This document shows positions 12,945 through 24,546 of a DNA stretch of 64,000 nucleotides, piece after piece (the first letter of the stretch is position 1; each line of letters starts with the position of its first letter). Under the pieces are notes generated by a model that saw only the letters and a program-made list of their open reading frames with translations, searched no databases and was not told the origin of the DNA. A program made the translations under genes and the position numbers. The stretch spans positions 142,168,001-142,232,000 of the forward strand of contig CM059431.1 of assembly GCA_030390025.1 (NCBI GenBank). The letters are read 5' to 3'. The stretch comes from Squalus acanthias (Eukaryota).

Positions 12945-13090
12945 CTGCTCTCCTCGAGCTGGCACCTGGTGGTGCGGATGATCAGCTCGCAGTCCTTCTC
13001 CAACTGGTCCAGCGTCTTCTGAACTCTCCGGTTTACCGTCTTTTCTATTGTCGTGCACACCTCTTGGATCTGATTGACACAACGTGTTGG
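12945..13090 (-). CDS. GTPase exon G (PTRCVNQIQEVCTTIEKTVNRRVQKTLDQLEKDCELIIRTTRCQLEES), helical/coiled-coil-like
   Basis: ggcag acceptor, gtgagg donor; open frame, phase 0->2; not in the ORF track on this strand. Confidence 0.85.
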
Positions 13091-13278
13091 CTGCCAGTCC
13101 AAAAAACACAAACAGACAAAGGAACTACCAACTGATAAATTAGAGGCATCTCATTCCGAAGGACACACTGTGCATTCTCTTATCCACATCGATGAATAAC
13201 TCATCCTTCTGCGAATTCTCTACCTCCAGGCTGTATTTAACTGAGAATTCGGGGCACTGTTTCCGACACGAACACAAT

Positions 13279-13420
13279 GGGGTTCATTTTAACTGTGTCG
13301 AATAGTGGGAAACTGGCGATATCGGATAACTGCAACGGAAAGGAAATCGGGCGATTTGTATAGGAGGGTCGATCCGCTGTCGCCCGTTTAACTCTATCAC
13401 TAACAGATAAAATTACCCTT
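13279..13420. mobile_element. Palindromic MITE-like element
   Basis: GGGGTTCATTTTAACTGT ... ACAGATAAAATTACCC termini. Confidence 0.5.
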
Positions 13421-14539
13421 AAGGACCCCAGAAACCAGAAGTTCCTTGGCCTCGTGACTATTCATTTCGCGATAGAAAACACAGGCTTTTGAAACCCAAA
13501 CCTGACGATGATTGACGATTATAATTCTGATCTACTGCTCTTTTCAACATTCATCTGCTGCTTGTGCCTTTTACCAGGATTGTCAATAAAGGGAGTGATG
13601 TTAGGTATTAGAATACACAAACGAACACAGGAAAAAGTCTGATAATTGTCCTCTGATCCCTATACTCATCCCAAGCAGACATGCTGTAGCCCATTAAGAA
13701 TATCAACCTCCCACCAGCCGCCCCGAAACCCCCACCATCCGCCTCCCAGTCATACGGTCTTTTGCGAGAGGTAAACACAGAGAAAAGAACAGTTGTAAAT
13801 TGAGGAAAAACTCGGGGCTATTGTTTTCGACCCTCTAAGGTAATCGAGCAAAGCTACAGGAGGGTACAATAACCATGAGCCCTCCAGCTAGCCCGTGACT
13901 TACCAATAACAGAACTGTACCGCTAACTCGCTAACTCGTTTTGCTCCAATTGGACTGTGATGAATCTACATTCACTGCATGGCTCAGTGACCTGTTCCAG
14001 AGTTTGAGGACTCTGGGCCCGAATGTCTAACCTAACACTTTGTCGCCGTGGTTTATACTCACTGTCCCTAGTTCTCCCAGGGATCGAGTAACTCATACAA
14101 CTGAGCAGAATTTAATCTCCTCAACGATTTATAGCCCTCAATGATATCTTCACCGATCTAACATTTCTCTTCTGAAAATCAGCTCAATTTATGAAGCCTA
14201 TCCCAATAATAAAGTGCCCTTTGAATGGATATCGCTTTGATGGCTCTCCTCCTGCACCCTCACTATCTATGCCTACCAAAATGATCTGCAATATCCCAAG
14301 CGGAACCATGTCAAAGCCTCGTTAGAGTGTTTTTAATTTATATTGTACTATTGCAGAAATACAACCTAAATCTATATTTACCTCCCCACTGTCCTTGTAA
14401 CACTGCTTGTGGATCGTCAATGATTTATTGTTTATGACACCATGTTTCCTCCCTGCCTGTCAGCCATTAACCGGTCCCGCTACATTGTCTACACATTCCT
14501 GGAGTTTTTCATTTAAAAATGCTCCAGCCTACACTGATA

Positions 14540-14930
14540 TACATTGAAGGATATCTGTGACACTGGGACCCATTCCCTAAATCGGCCTTAATTAGACCCA
14601 CTACTAACCGCTGCACTCCCGACACAATGCAGCTGCTGTATGTACGGTCCACAGGATATACTGCAGCAACTCTCCGAGGTTTCTTCGACAACACTTTCCT
14701 CCTCCGTGAACTCGACCGCGAATAAAAACAAGAGCAGCAGAATAATGGGAACACCAACATCCCCAATTTACCCTCTAAGCTACACTTCACCCTCACAGGG
14801 ACATATACCGCCATTTATTCATCGAATTGGGTCAATATCGTGAAATTCCTCTCCTGACGCCACCCTGGGAGCACTAGCATCAAAAGGCCTTCAGAGATTC
14901 AAAGAGAATGCCCGACATCGCCTCAACTAA
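14540..14930 (+). mobile_element. Old LINE 3' fragment (same family as 45674-46020)
   Basis: ctgcagcaactctccgaggtttcttcgacaacac... matches the reverse complement of 45950-46010. Confidence 0.55.
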
Positions 14931-15124
14931 AGGGAAAATTATTACAATTGGTAACACCAACGCACAAATATTTTGATAGGGAGGCCTGTTAACATTGCAT
15001 CATCTCATTCAAATCACTTATGAAGTTGGTTAACAGCAGTCACCCAACAAGGAGCACCTCGTGACTGAAATTGTTATCTAGCTGCAGGTGGATTTACTCC
15101 ATTGATGAAGGCAGTTTGTCAGCC

Positions 15125-15553
15125 TTTTTCTTATTCGTTCCTGGGATGTGGGCGTTGCTGGAAAGGCCGGCACTTATTGCCCAACTCTAATTGCCCTTGA
15201 GAAGGTGGTGGTGAGCCGCCTACTTGAACCGCGACAGTATTATTGTTTCTCGTTGGGGTTTGCTGAAGCAGTTAAGAGTCAACCACATTGCTGTGGGTCT
15301 GGAGTCACATATAGGCCAGACCAGGTAATGGCGGCAGCTTTCCTTCCCTAAAGGACATTAGTGAAACAGATGGGATTTGACGACGATCCGATAGTTTCAG
15401 TGATTACAATTACTGCTACTAGCTTTTTATTCCATATTTATTTAATTAGCTGAATTTAAATTCCCCACCTGCTGTGGTGGGATTCTGAACTCACGTCTCT
15501 GTATCATTAGTCCAGCTGTCTTGGAATTCTAGTCTAGTAACATAACCACTATG
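15125..15553 (-). mobile_element. SINE with LINE-derived 3' tail
   Basis: Body matches 4440-4740; tail matches 45674-45780 and 51095-51200. Confidence 0.75.
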
Positions 15554-15667
15554 CTACCTGTTCCTTATCCAACATGCACATAGGAAGCCGCGCGTGCTGC
15601 GTCTACAGGGCGTTGTTTCTGTGAGCTCTTTACATTCCTGATTAACTTTGAGGAAACACGGCCCTAC

Positions 15668-15766
15668 CTTGTTGGGATCTGGGATGTAGATGGTCGGCAT
15701 ATCAAAGCCACATTTGTTCAGCCCGGGTCTCTTGCACAGCTCTTGTACTATCTGCATCATCACTCT
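15668..15766 (-). CDS. GTPase exon F (RVMMQIVQELCKRPGLNKCGFDMPTIYIPDPNK)
   Basis: cctcag acceptor, gtaggg donor; 99 nt, phase 0->0. Confidence 0.88.
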
Positions 15767-18233
15767 CTGAGGAATGACACAAACATATTCCACTATAAAT
15801 CTCAGCACATGTCCGGACATCAGTAAACAAAATCCCATCAGAAATAAATAAATCCTACTGTTATAGAGCATTTCAAATCCTCAGAAAGTCGCGAACCACT
15901 TCACAGTTAATCAACTGCAGAAGTACATTCATTGTTATTGTCAGGCAAACGCAGCAACAAAGCAATTTCCTGCAAACGGTATTGAGATAAATGACCACTT
16001 AATTAATTTTTAGTGGCGTTGATTAAGGAATGAATATTCGCCAATATCACTACCTTCTTCAAATAGTGCCAGAGTAGTTTTTACGTTCACCTGAACAAGC
16101 AGAAGAGGCTTCAGTTTAACTTCTGATCCAAAAGATGATAGCTCCCACATGGCAGTACTCGCCCAGCACTGCACTGGGCGTCAGCCTAGATTATGGACAT
16201 AACTTCTAGAATGAGTCATGAACCGGTGGTCTTCTGATTCGGAGGCGAGTGTTTAGGAATATAGCCTGTGCAATATGTGAGATATTGGTAAAGGCAATCA
16301 GTGCACTGTTCCGCTATCGACCTCAAAATGCTACTTTGGATCTGTAAAATTGGTATTTCATCTTAAGTCAATGATTTACAAAGACTATACTTAAAACGTG
16401 GAACAAAGCACGTAATTTTGGAGACGCAAAGAAGCTTCAAAAATAATTAGATTAGGAAACACAGTTTGCTGATTCAGATCCTTTATTTCGATAGAGGCAT
16501 TGAACCCAAAATAAGCTTTTTGTTTCCTATTTCACACCCTATTAGGAATCATTGCTTTTGCTGCTATATTTTGCTGTGAATGGGGGGATAATTGGACGAT
16601 CTAACCGCTGATAAAGAAGTAGAAGTAGCAAAATCTGCGTTAAAAGCTTTCATGCATTACATTCTGCCCCCAAGTTTCATATCTCTGAGTGTCTTCACGG
16701 GATCACTTTGTAAATTTGCTCTCGCAGTGTAGCTGCATTTGTTGCCCATCCTGGGTTGCGATGGGGGCATTAAGATTTAGCACGTCGGAGTATATTTTGA
16801 ATGTGTGCGATAGAGTAAAACCGGTGATTTTTTACTTCCATTGAATTCAACGAAACTCAAAATCGGGGGAGATGAACGACATTCGGACGACGCGCTATTA
16901 CACATTTTACTGTATGGTACAAAGTCGAAATCAACCCGGAACTGGAGTTATGTGTAATCCAAACCAGGTAGATGGGGGCGGCTTCTTTCCCTAAAGAACA
17001 TTATGGCACCAGTTGAGTGTATAGAGCAATCTTGAGGTTGAGATAAATGACCAGTTAATCTGTCCTTTTCGTGGCTTTAATTAAGGAATGAAGGTTAGCC
17101 AAAACTACAAGATTCATCAAATCCTGAGAGGGGATCCATTACCTCCTTCTGAACTTCAGTAACATTCACCATAATTTCCTTTGGCCCCAGTCCAGAAATT
17201 ATCATATTTTACTGAATTCAATGGCACATCTTGCTGTGGTTGGTGTTTAAATCCCGATATTTGGATTGCTAGTGCGAGACAACCAGACCCCCAATCTGTC
17301 CCATAGAGTCCAGCCTGGTATCTGTATTGTGCGACCTCCATTGCGCTCCAATCATTCTTTTAAATGCGTTGTTCATCTGATCCCAGAGCTCTGTTACTAT
17401 ACTTTGTGTTCATAGCTCTCCGCAAATGCTGCCCGTGCCGTCAATCCTGTCCAGATGCACAGTCAGGATGGTGTACAGTTAGTGATAAGGGGTGAAAAGC
17501 CTCTCAAAACCTTTTACCTTGGATATTATGATCTGGAAACTTGCTCTATTACCGTGCAAACCATTCCAACGCTGGATTCAAATCACGTTGTCAGATATTG
17601 CTACAGACAGCTATTGGCAAGTGTTAATCCTTTTATTATCTACGACCTATTCAAAACTTTATGCCTGCGTGTACTTCCTGTCTACAAAACCTAACTTCCT
17701 GTTGCCACCTTCTCCATTTAAACATTCCTTGGTCCAAGTTTATACTTGAAACTGCAGAACCGCCTGTAACTATGCCCCGCCTGTGGTGGCGCTGTAGCGT
17801 CTCACATTTACGTCTCCCCGCTCCTTAGCATCTCCAGCAGAAAACGTACAAGAAGCGTCAACAAAATCAACTTTCCAAATTGCAGTAAGCTTTACTATTT
17901 AATTATAAATAACAATATCAAATCAAGGAATTATATCACAATAAGGACAACATGTATGACTTTCAATTGCGGAACCCTTATTCAATTAATGAGTTGGGTG
18001 GGTCTTTTTAATAGTACTCTTCACTCATTCAAAAGGAACGCCTCAATGTGTGTGGGAGGAGAGATTCGGGGTGATGTTTATAAAGAATCTCATTGTACGC
18101 ATCGATTCCACATCGCATCTGCCTTTTATTAATTGGCCGCACTTTTCACTGGGCACCGTGATCAAATCACTGAATTTGCAAATCCAGCCACGAAGGGGAC
18201 TCTCAGGTGCAATAAAGTGAACTCTCTCTGTAC

Positions 18234-18394
18234 CTGTCTGTCACTCTCATGACCAGCTTCATCGGCTTTGCTCAGGTAGAACTTCAGTTTATCGCCATGT
18301 TTTTCGTTTAGCTTTTCCACCAAGTTCAGCGTCCGTTTACACAGGGCCTGGCCCATCGGGTCAAAGAAGACAAAGATCAGATCGGCCTGTTCCC
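18234..18394 (-). CDS. GTPase exon E (GEQADLIFVFFDPMGQALCKRTLNLVEKLNEKHGDKLKFYLSKADEAGHESDRQ), G4-like SKAD
   Basis: ttgcag acceptor, gtacag donor; phase 1->0; resembles the EHD-type DxIxxxFD...NKAD region. Confidence 0.9.
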
Positions 18395-19518
18395 CTGCAA
18401 CCAGAAAACGAGTGAACAATTCGGAAACTTACACGGTGTTAGGAGTGTCTCAATAATGCCCAATAAATGACCACAATGGATGGGTGAGTGCTCTGAAAGG
18501 GGCGGGGCTGAAGCCGATGACGGTACAAACTTGCTTCACCTACTATCAGCCGGGGTGCACTGGACGCTGCAACTTTACTGAGTGGGCCCTGGGTCAGTGA
18601 GGGCCAGTCAGCGACTGACTCCCATCGTTCATCCCTGGCTGTTTACTCCTTGCGCGTGCGGGTAAGGTGAGAGGAGCGAATGGGCTCCATTGTATCAGGT
18701 TGCAGCAAAGGAAGGCCAGCCCACGCACACTGTCTTGGCTCAAATATGGAGAGCCTCTAATCACACCAGGTACCAGAGGGCACCCACGCCCGTGGAACAG
18801 AACCCGGCAAGAGTTATTCTCCAGAATGGAGAAAGCAGCCAAAAAGGGAAACAAAGAACGCTCCATTCATGAAGTGGGTGGTAGTGAAGTGGTCGTGGTA
18901 CTGGACTAGAAACCCAGAGGTTGTGAATTGAAATCTCATCATGGTGAGTTCTGCAACAGAATGAAATAATTTGGTACCAAAAAAATGACCATGGAGGCTG
19001 CTGGATTATTATAACATACATTCACTAACATCACTTCGGAGATGCCTACCTGGTCTGGACTACATGTGACTCCAGTCCCACACTATGTGGTGAGACAGGA
19101 CACTCTAAGTGACCAGCTATCGCATTCTTTATTGGGAGATGAGGGGTAGTCTGTCATTGGTCGGCAGTGCGCTTCCGACTTCATTTCACAGGCCCTGCAG
19201 AACAAGGCAGGCTCACCACCGGCTGAGCAATCCGCATTCCGTTTACCGGCGACCGGTGTTGGTTCTACCCTTCCCGGTGTGGATTCCTGAGTGGATGTGG
19301 ACTATGGGGAGTGAGTCTGATTGCAAACCAGGTAAAAAGAGAAACACTACCTGAGTGGATTTTCAAAACCAGAAATCATGAAATGTAATATTGCCAACAG
19401 ACGCTTAACAAGCTCATTTAAAATGTCGCCTCGCCCCCCACTTCCTGGCGCACTGAGTTTTTGTCGCCCATCACTCCCATCTTCACTGACCTATTTTTTT
19501 TCCTTATTCTCCAGAGTC

Positions 19519-19703
19519 AGCGGGCTAGGAATTTCTCTCGGGCGGTGGCGCAAAGCGAGCGGTATCGGATCGGCCGTCCGTTTTACGCAGCGCCTGATAT
19601 TCAGTTGACTGCAATAGAACTGAATATCAGGCACGGCGAACAATGGGCGGCCGATCCGATACCGCTCGTTTTTCGCCACCGCCCGAGCCGAATTTCTAGG
19701 CCA
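19519..19703. mobile_element. Palindromic MITE (GGGCTAG...CTAGGCC), PIF/Harbinger-like
   Basis: Long self-complementary arms; the opposite-strand ORFs here mirror each other; sister copy at 57212-57397. Confidence 0.8.
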
Positions 19704-20224
19704 AAGAATTTAAAATCCTCATCCTCGCCCACAGTTTGCTCTGCAGCTTTTACCCCACTCCTATTATCAAATTCCTTATCACTCACTCAAACTCTCCCAT
19801 TAAACTTCTCACTTGGCGATCTACCTTTAAACAGCTTATTTAATCTAATATTTAAATAGAAGTCTTTATTCGGTTTCTGAACCCTATAACCGTTATCCAT
19901 TCTTGTCTTTTCCTTTATCACTTGATTTATTTTTCTCTAACCTCGGTGAAGCGCCATTCGACATTTTCTGTCTAAAGCCGCTGTACAAATGGAACCTTCT
20001 GTCATTCTGGTTAATACTGTTCCTGAACAAAGTTCTTCCTGTTTCCCATTAATTATTAACTCTTTACGGGAAAGGCTGGACGTCGGTTCATTTCTGAACA
20101 CAGATACAACGAAATAACTTAGAACAAGAACCTTCCTTGCTCATTGGTGTTCATGCTCCCAGGAATCCCTCGGGGCTCTCCATGTTTCCTTTGTCATCCG
20201 ATTTCCCGCATACATTGGGTTAGG

Positions 20225-20645
20225 TACGGCAGTGTAGTGTTTAACTTGCTGGACTAGAAATCGAGGAAAACATGCATTCAAATACTACCACAGAAAATAA
20301 GAATTTGATTCCTTTTTTTAAACAATCTGGAAAGAAAACGCTGATATTAGTAAACCTGAGTATAAGGCTGGCGGATTGTCATAAACACCTAACTGGTTTA
20401 TTAAAGCCGTTTAGGGAAGTCAAACAGTCATCCTTACCCGATCTGGCATACACGTGACTCCAGTCCCTCAGCAGTAGGTTTGACAACTCGCCTCTGAAGT
20501 AAACTTGGAGCGGCTTAGTTACATCACAGAAAATATACCACCAATTCAAGAAGAAATTCCCCCACCACATTTTCAGGAGAACTAAGGATAGGCGATCAAT
20601 GCCAAGGTTGCCAGTGACGCTGACATCCCGAGAATGAATATAAAA
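20225..20645 (+). mobile_element. SINE with LINE-derived tail
   Basis: Reverse complement of the 15125-15553 family. Confidence 0.65.
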
Positions 20646-20750
20646 CCAAATTATAGAAATCTGCCAGATTTTGATATTGAAGTGTGTTGACAGCAACTTC
20701 CAAATGATCGAGCACTGGTGTGTTACTCACGGTGCGGGTTGATCTCTTAC

Positions 20751-20891
20751 CCAGCCAGATAAGCGCTTTATCAACATCAAACTCATAGGTCATGTCTCCA
20801 TCCACAAGCCCTTGGGTATCGATAAAGGTCACCAGGTTAAACTGCTTCTGTTTGGAGGTGCTGATCTCGGTGGCCAGGTAGTCTGCCAATC
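20751..20891 (-). CDS. GTPase exon D (GLADYLATEISTSKQKQFNLVTFIDTQGLVDGDMTYEFDVDKALIWL), G3 DxxG
   Basis: cacag acceptor, gtaaga donor; phase 1->1. Confidence 0.9.
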
Positions 20892-21479
20892 CTGTGGAGC
20901 ACAGAACGAGCAGTGAGCAGGAGCAGAAGTTGTTCCAGAATTCCAGGTTCAGCTGCGGGAATAGCACTTTCCATTTCATGTTGGTGTGTTTGTAATTCGC
21001 GAAAGGCGTTCTTTATTCATCAACCTCCCTTGATAGTAAATTAGTTTAAATTCCAAAATAGATTTAATGATAATATGCCGCAATGGAATTGAAGAGATGG
21101 CTATATCATAAATATATCTAAAAATGTCTTATGTCTGTGTACAATTCCTGTCTGCAACTTTTCCAATGTCATGTTTTTGTCACACATTTCCATCAACATT
21201 TTACAAATTATAAATTTCTGTGTCCATTTTATAATAGAAACTGCATGGGAACATTATGCTGTAATTCCACCCTCGTGTCAGTGGCGGTGCTGTGGTACCT
21301 CAGTTTTTTATCTTTCAGCTCATCAACCTTTATGCAAAGAAGAACGTATACTTCACCGACCTCTACTTCTCTGCTTCGCAAATTGTTCTATGTTTCATTC
21401 TATGCTTTGTTATTTCACTTGTTTATTCCCCATTTAGTTCATATTCCCCCTCACCTAAAACTCAGCTCCTCGTATCTTA

Positions 21480-21900
21480 ACTGGCACCAAGTCCCGTTCA
21501 CCCATCAACCCTGTTCTTACTGACCGACTTTGCCGCCCTGTCTGCAAATGCCTCGATTTTAAAATTAACATCCATGTGTTCAATAAATCCCTCTTGGCCT
21601 CGACCCTCCCTACCTCTGAAGCCTACTCCAGCCCTACAGCCCTCCGAGATCTCTGAGCTCCATTAATTCTGGCCTGTTGCACATCTGCGCTATTCAAAGC
21701 TCCACTATTGGCGGCCGTGCCTCAGCTGCCTGGGCCCGAAGCTCTGCAATTCCCTCTGTAAACATCTCCGCCTCTCGACCTCTATCTCCTCCTTTAAGCC
21801 GCTCCTTAAAACCTATCTCTTGGATAAAGCTTTTGGTCATCTGTCCGAATATCCTAAATGTTGTCTCGGTATCAAAATGTGTCTGAACACGCTCCTGTTT
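21480..21900 (+). mobile_element. L2-type LINE 3' fragment
   Basis: Matches 1700-1920 and the reverse complement of 9330-9700. Confidence 0.7.
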
Positions 21901-21904
21901 AATC

Positions 21905-22235
21905 CCCTATTCTCCTCTATATTTCCCATTTAGACTCTATTACACCTGTTCTTTCCCAGTTAGTCTGCATTCCGCCGTTTATGACACATTTTATTTCTAT
22001 CCCGCTGTATATGACCCACTGATTTTACATTCTCCGTGAGTATTCCACGTGCATTTTTCAATTTAGTGTCTATTCCCTTGTTATTTCCCATTTAGTTTCT
22101 ATTACCCTGATTATTCTCCATTTAGTTCCTATTCTACAGTTGATTTCCCATTTAGTTTATATCCCCCCTGTTCATTCACCACTTAGTTTCTAATACACTG
22201 TTTGTTCCCCATTTAGTGTCGATACCCTGTGTTCA
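21905..22235. repeat. Degenerate short tandem repeat built on TTTCCCATTTAGT
   Basis: Motif recurs about every 29-30 nt at 22080-22220. Confidence 0.6.
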
Positions 22236-22904
22236 TCTCCAATTCAGCACTCCCTCATTTCTGCACTGAAATATCAGGCAACCTATGTGCTCGAGAGCTG
22301 GAGTCCTTTTACCCACTGTCTTCTGACTCAGAGGTGATGATGCTGCCATGGAGTTCCGGATGACACGATAAGCCCTTTCATTCAAACCCAGCTCTTTGAT
22401 GCGTGCTTCCAGCATACCCGGCCTTTGTAATACTTGCCACATAAAACCTACTGTAATAAAGGGTAAATAATCCCATATAGATTGGAAATAGATGGATCAG
22501 GACAATAAGCAAACCGCATCGCGGAATTTTACAGAGCAGGAGGTGGCCATTCGGCTCATTGTGGCTGCGCTTGCTCTCTGAAAGAGCAAACCCCTTAGTC
22601 CCATTTCCCCACCCTTTCCCCATTCCCATGTTTTCCTTTGCGAAATATGTATTCCCTTCCCTTTTAAAAACTATGCTGAATCTGTGTACCCAACTATTTC
22701 TGATAGATCACTCCATATCCTAACCACCACCTGCTTAAAACATCTCCTAACCTTTCCCCTCTTCTGGTTATAATCGAAAGCTTATAAGTTATAGATTCAC
22801 CCACCTGTGGGAATAGTTCTTCTCCATTCTCCTTGCAACAATCCCGCAGAATTCTTAATCGCTAACTGTCTTTGTTCTAATGGAGAGAAACTTCTCTCAA
22901 TCCA

Positions 22905-23030
22905 TCCATATCTCTCTATCTATCTCCGTCTTCCTCTCTCTCTCTCTCTTCTCTCTGTCTCTCTCTCTCATCCTCTCTCCTCCTCTCTCTCTCTATCGCT
23001 GTTGTTTCCTCTCTTGTCTCTTTCTGGCTC
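22905..23030. repeat. (CT)n-rich microsatellite
   Basis: Direct reading. Confidence 0.85.
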
Positions 23031-23366
23031 GCAAAAGACCAAACTTTTTCCGGTAAGCACAGTTCAATCACCTGTCCATCAACCTACAACTTCAAGCACG
23101 AGTCACTCACACAAAATGTCTATCATCTTCGCAGCTTGCATTCGATGCTTCACCTCCAATAGAGCACGTGCTCACTTTCCAAGGCTACATTGCTTAAACC
23201 TGCGGGTCGTAACTTCAATATATAGGCACCGTCGATTAATCTGTCGGACATCCTGCCTGTGAAAGGCTCACAGTTCAACAGTGGAAACTTCACTGGATTG
23301 AGGGGAGAGAGAAAGTGAGCGTCCCCCTCCTGTTGTCTGGAATACTGACAGTCGCTGTGAATTTAC

Positions 23367-23421
23367 CTTCGATCTGTTCCAGAGCTTGAAATTGCGGGTA
23401 TAGGTGGAGTGTAGCCTTGCC
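23367..23421 (-). CDS. GTPase exon C (GKATLHLYPQFQALEQIE)
   Basis: Pyrimidine tract + cacag acceptor, donor gtaaat; phase 0->1; not in the ORF track. Confidence 0.85.
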
Positions 23422-23890
23422 CTGTGAAAATAAAAACAAACATTAGAGGAAATAAATGCTCAGTCCTCGTAATTTGTTTAAAATGTTCCTTTTTGGAGCT
23501 GCTTTTAGTTGAATATTTCCCTGTGTAGTTCCAAGACATACAAGTAACTCCCCATCTCTCTCACTGGTCCGTGCTGCGTTTCCTCATCTCAAAGCAGAAT
23601 AACCACAACCCTTTGGGCTAGAAAAGTAGAAATTGCCCATGATTCCTATACATACAGCTATGCTGTCAAATTCATGCTTGGGACGGAGGATGGGGCACAA
23701 TAACCGGGTTTACACACTCTATTAATGGTATTTCCAGGGCTTCGGTCGGGTAGGAGGGAGACAGATCCCTCACACTTAGGCTCAGAAGACGGCATCCTCT
23801 AGTTTAGTGTTTATTGATGTTCCTTCCCAGACAGTCCATCAGAGACACAGAATGAGCCAGGGCTCGGTGATGATTCATGAGATTACTCAC

Positions 23891-23984
23891 TGTGAGCGAT
23901 TCCCTTTTCCTGCCACTGGTGACGAAGGTAAATCCTTGTGTTTCTGTTGCCACTCCCGTTTTCTGTATGTGTTCTTCAACATAC
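23891..23984 (-). CDS. GTPase exon B (YVEEHIQKTGVATETQGFTFVTSGRKRESLT)
   Basis: Acceptor ttgtag completes TG|G (Trp); donor gtgagt; phase 2->0. Confidence 0.9.
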
Positions 23985-24546
23985 CTACAAGACACAATGA
24001 TTAGAGGTACAAATATTGAGGTTTGTCTAACTCGGTTCGCTCAGAATCTTTCAGCCGAAAGCCGGCGAACGACCAGGCATCTGAGCAGACGGTTGAAGAG
24101 ACCGACAGCAATGTAAAGGGGTAGAAAAATCTTCAGCTAATATATTAAGGAGGTGAAATACAGAGGTAGGCTGAAAGCATTTGTAGCTATAATCCCACAA
24201 CACAGTTTTAAGCCCGCATTGTCTTTCTTTATCTCTATCTGTAATATGTGGAATTTCCATCATCTGTGTACACTTCCTGGCTGGAAAACCGTAACTCTTG
24301 TTGTCGCATTTAGTCAGAATTTCAAATTATAGTTTCCTCCTACAATGTAACAAAGTCGTGCTTTCCTAGATGATCTGCATGTACTCTAGAGGATCCCCGT
24401 ACGTTCCACCAAACTCTGCTTCCCAAATTACCGTTGGCTTTCCAGTTTTATTTCAAATAATCAAAGTGTTATATAAAAATGAGGACAGAATTCTAAAATG
24501 AGAAGTGAAGAGCATGTCTGCGCCCTGCTCCAATTATTCCCCAGCC

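Noticed and set aside
18594..19354. Cluster of short overlapping ORFs in a GTPase intron
   Set aside because: No motifs or phase-compatible splice sites; partly SINE-derived
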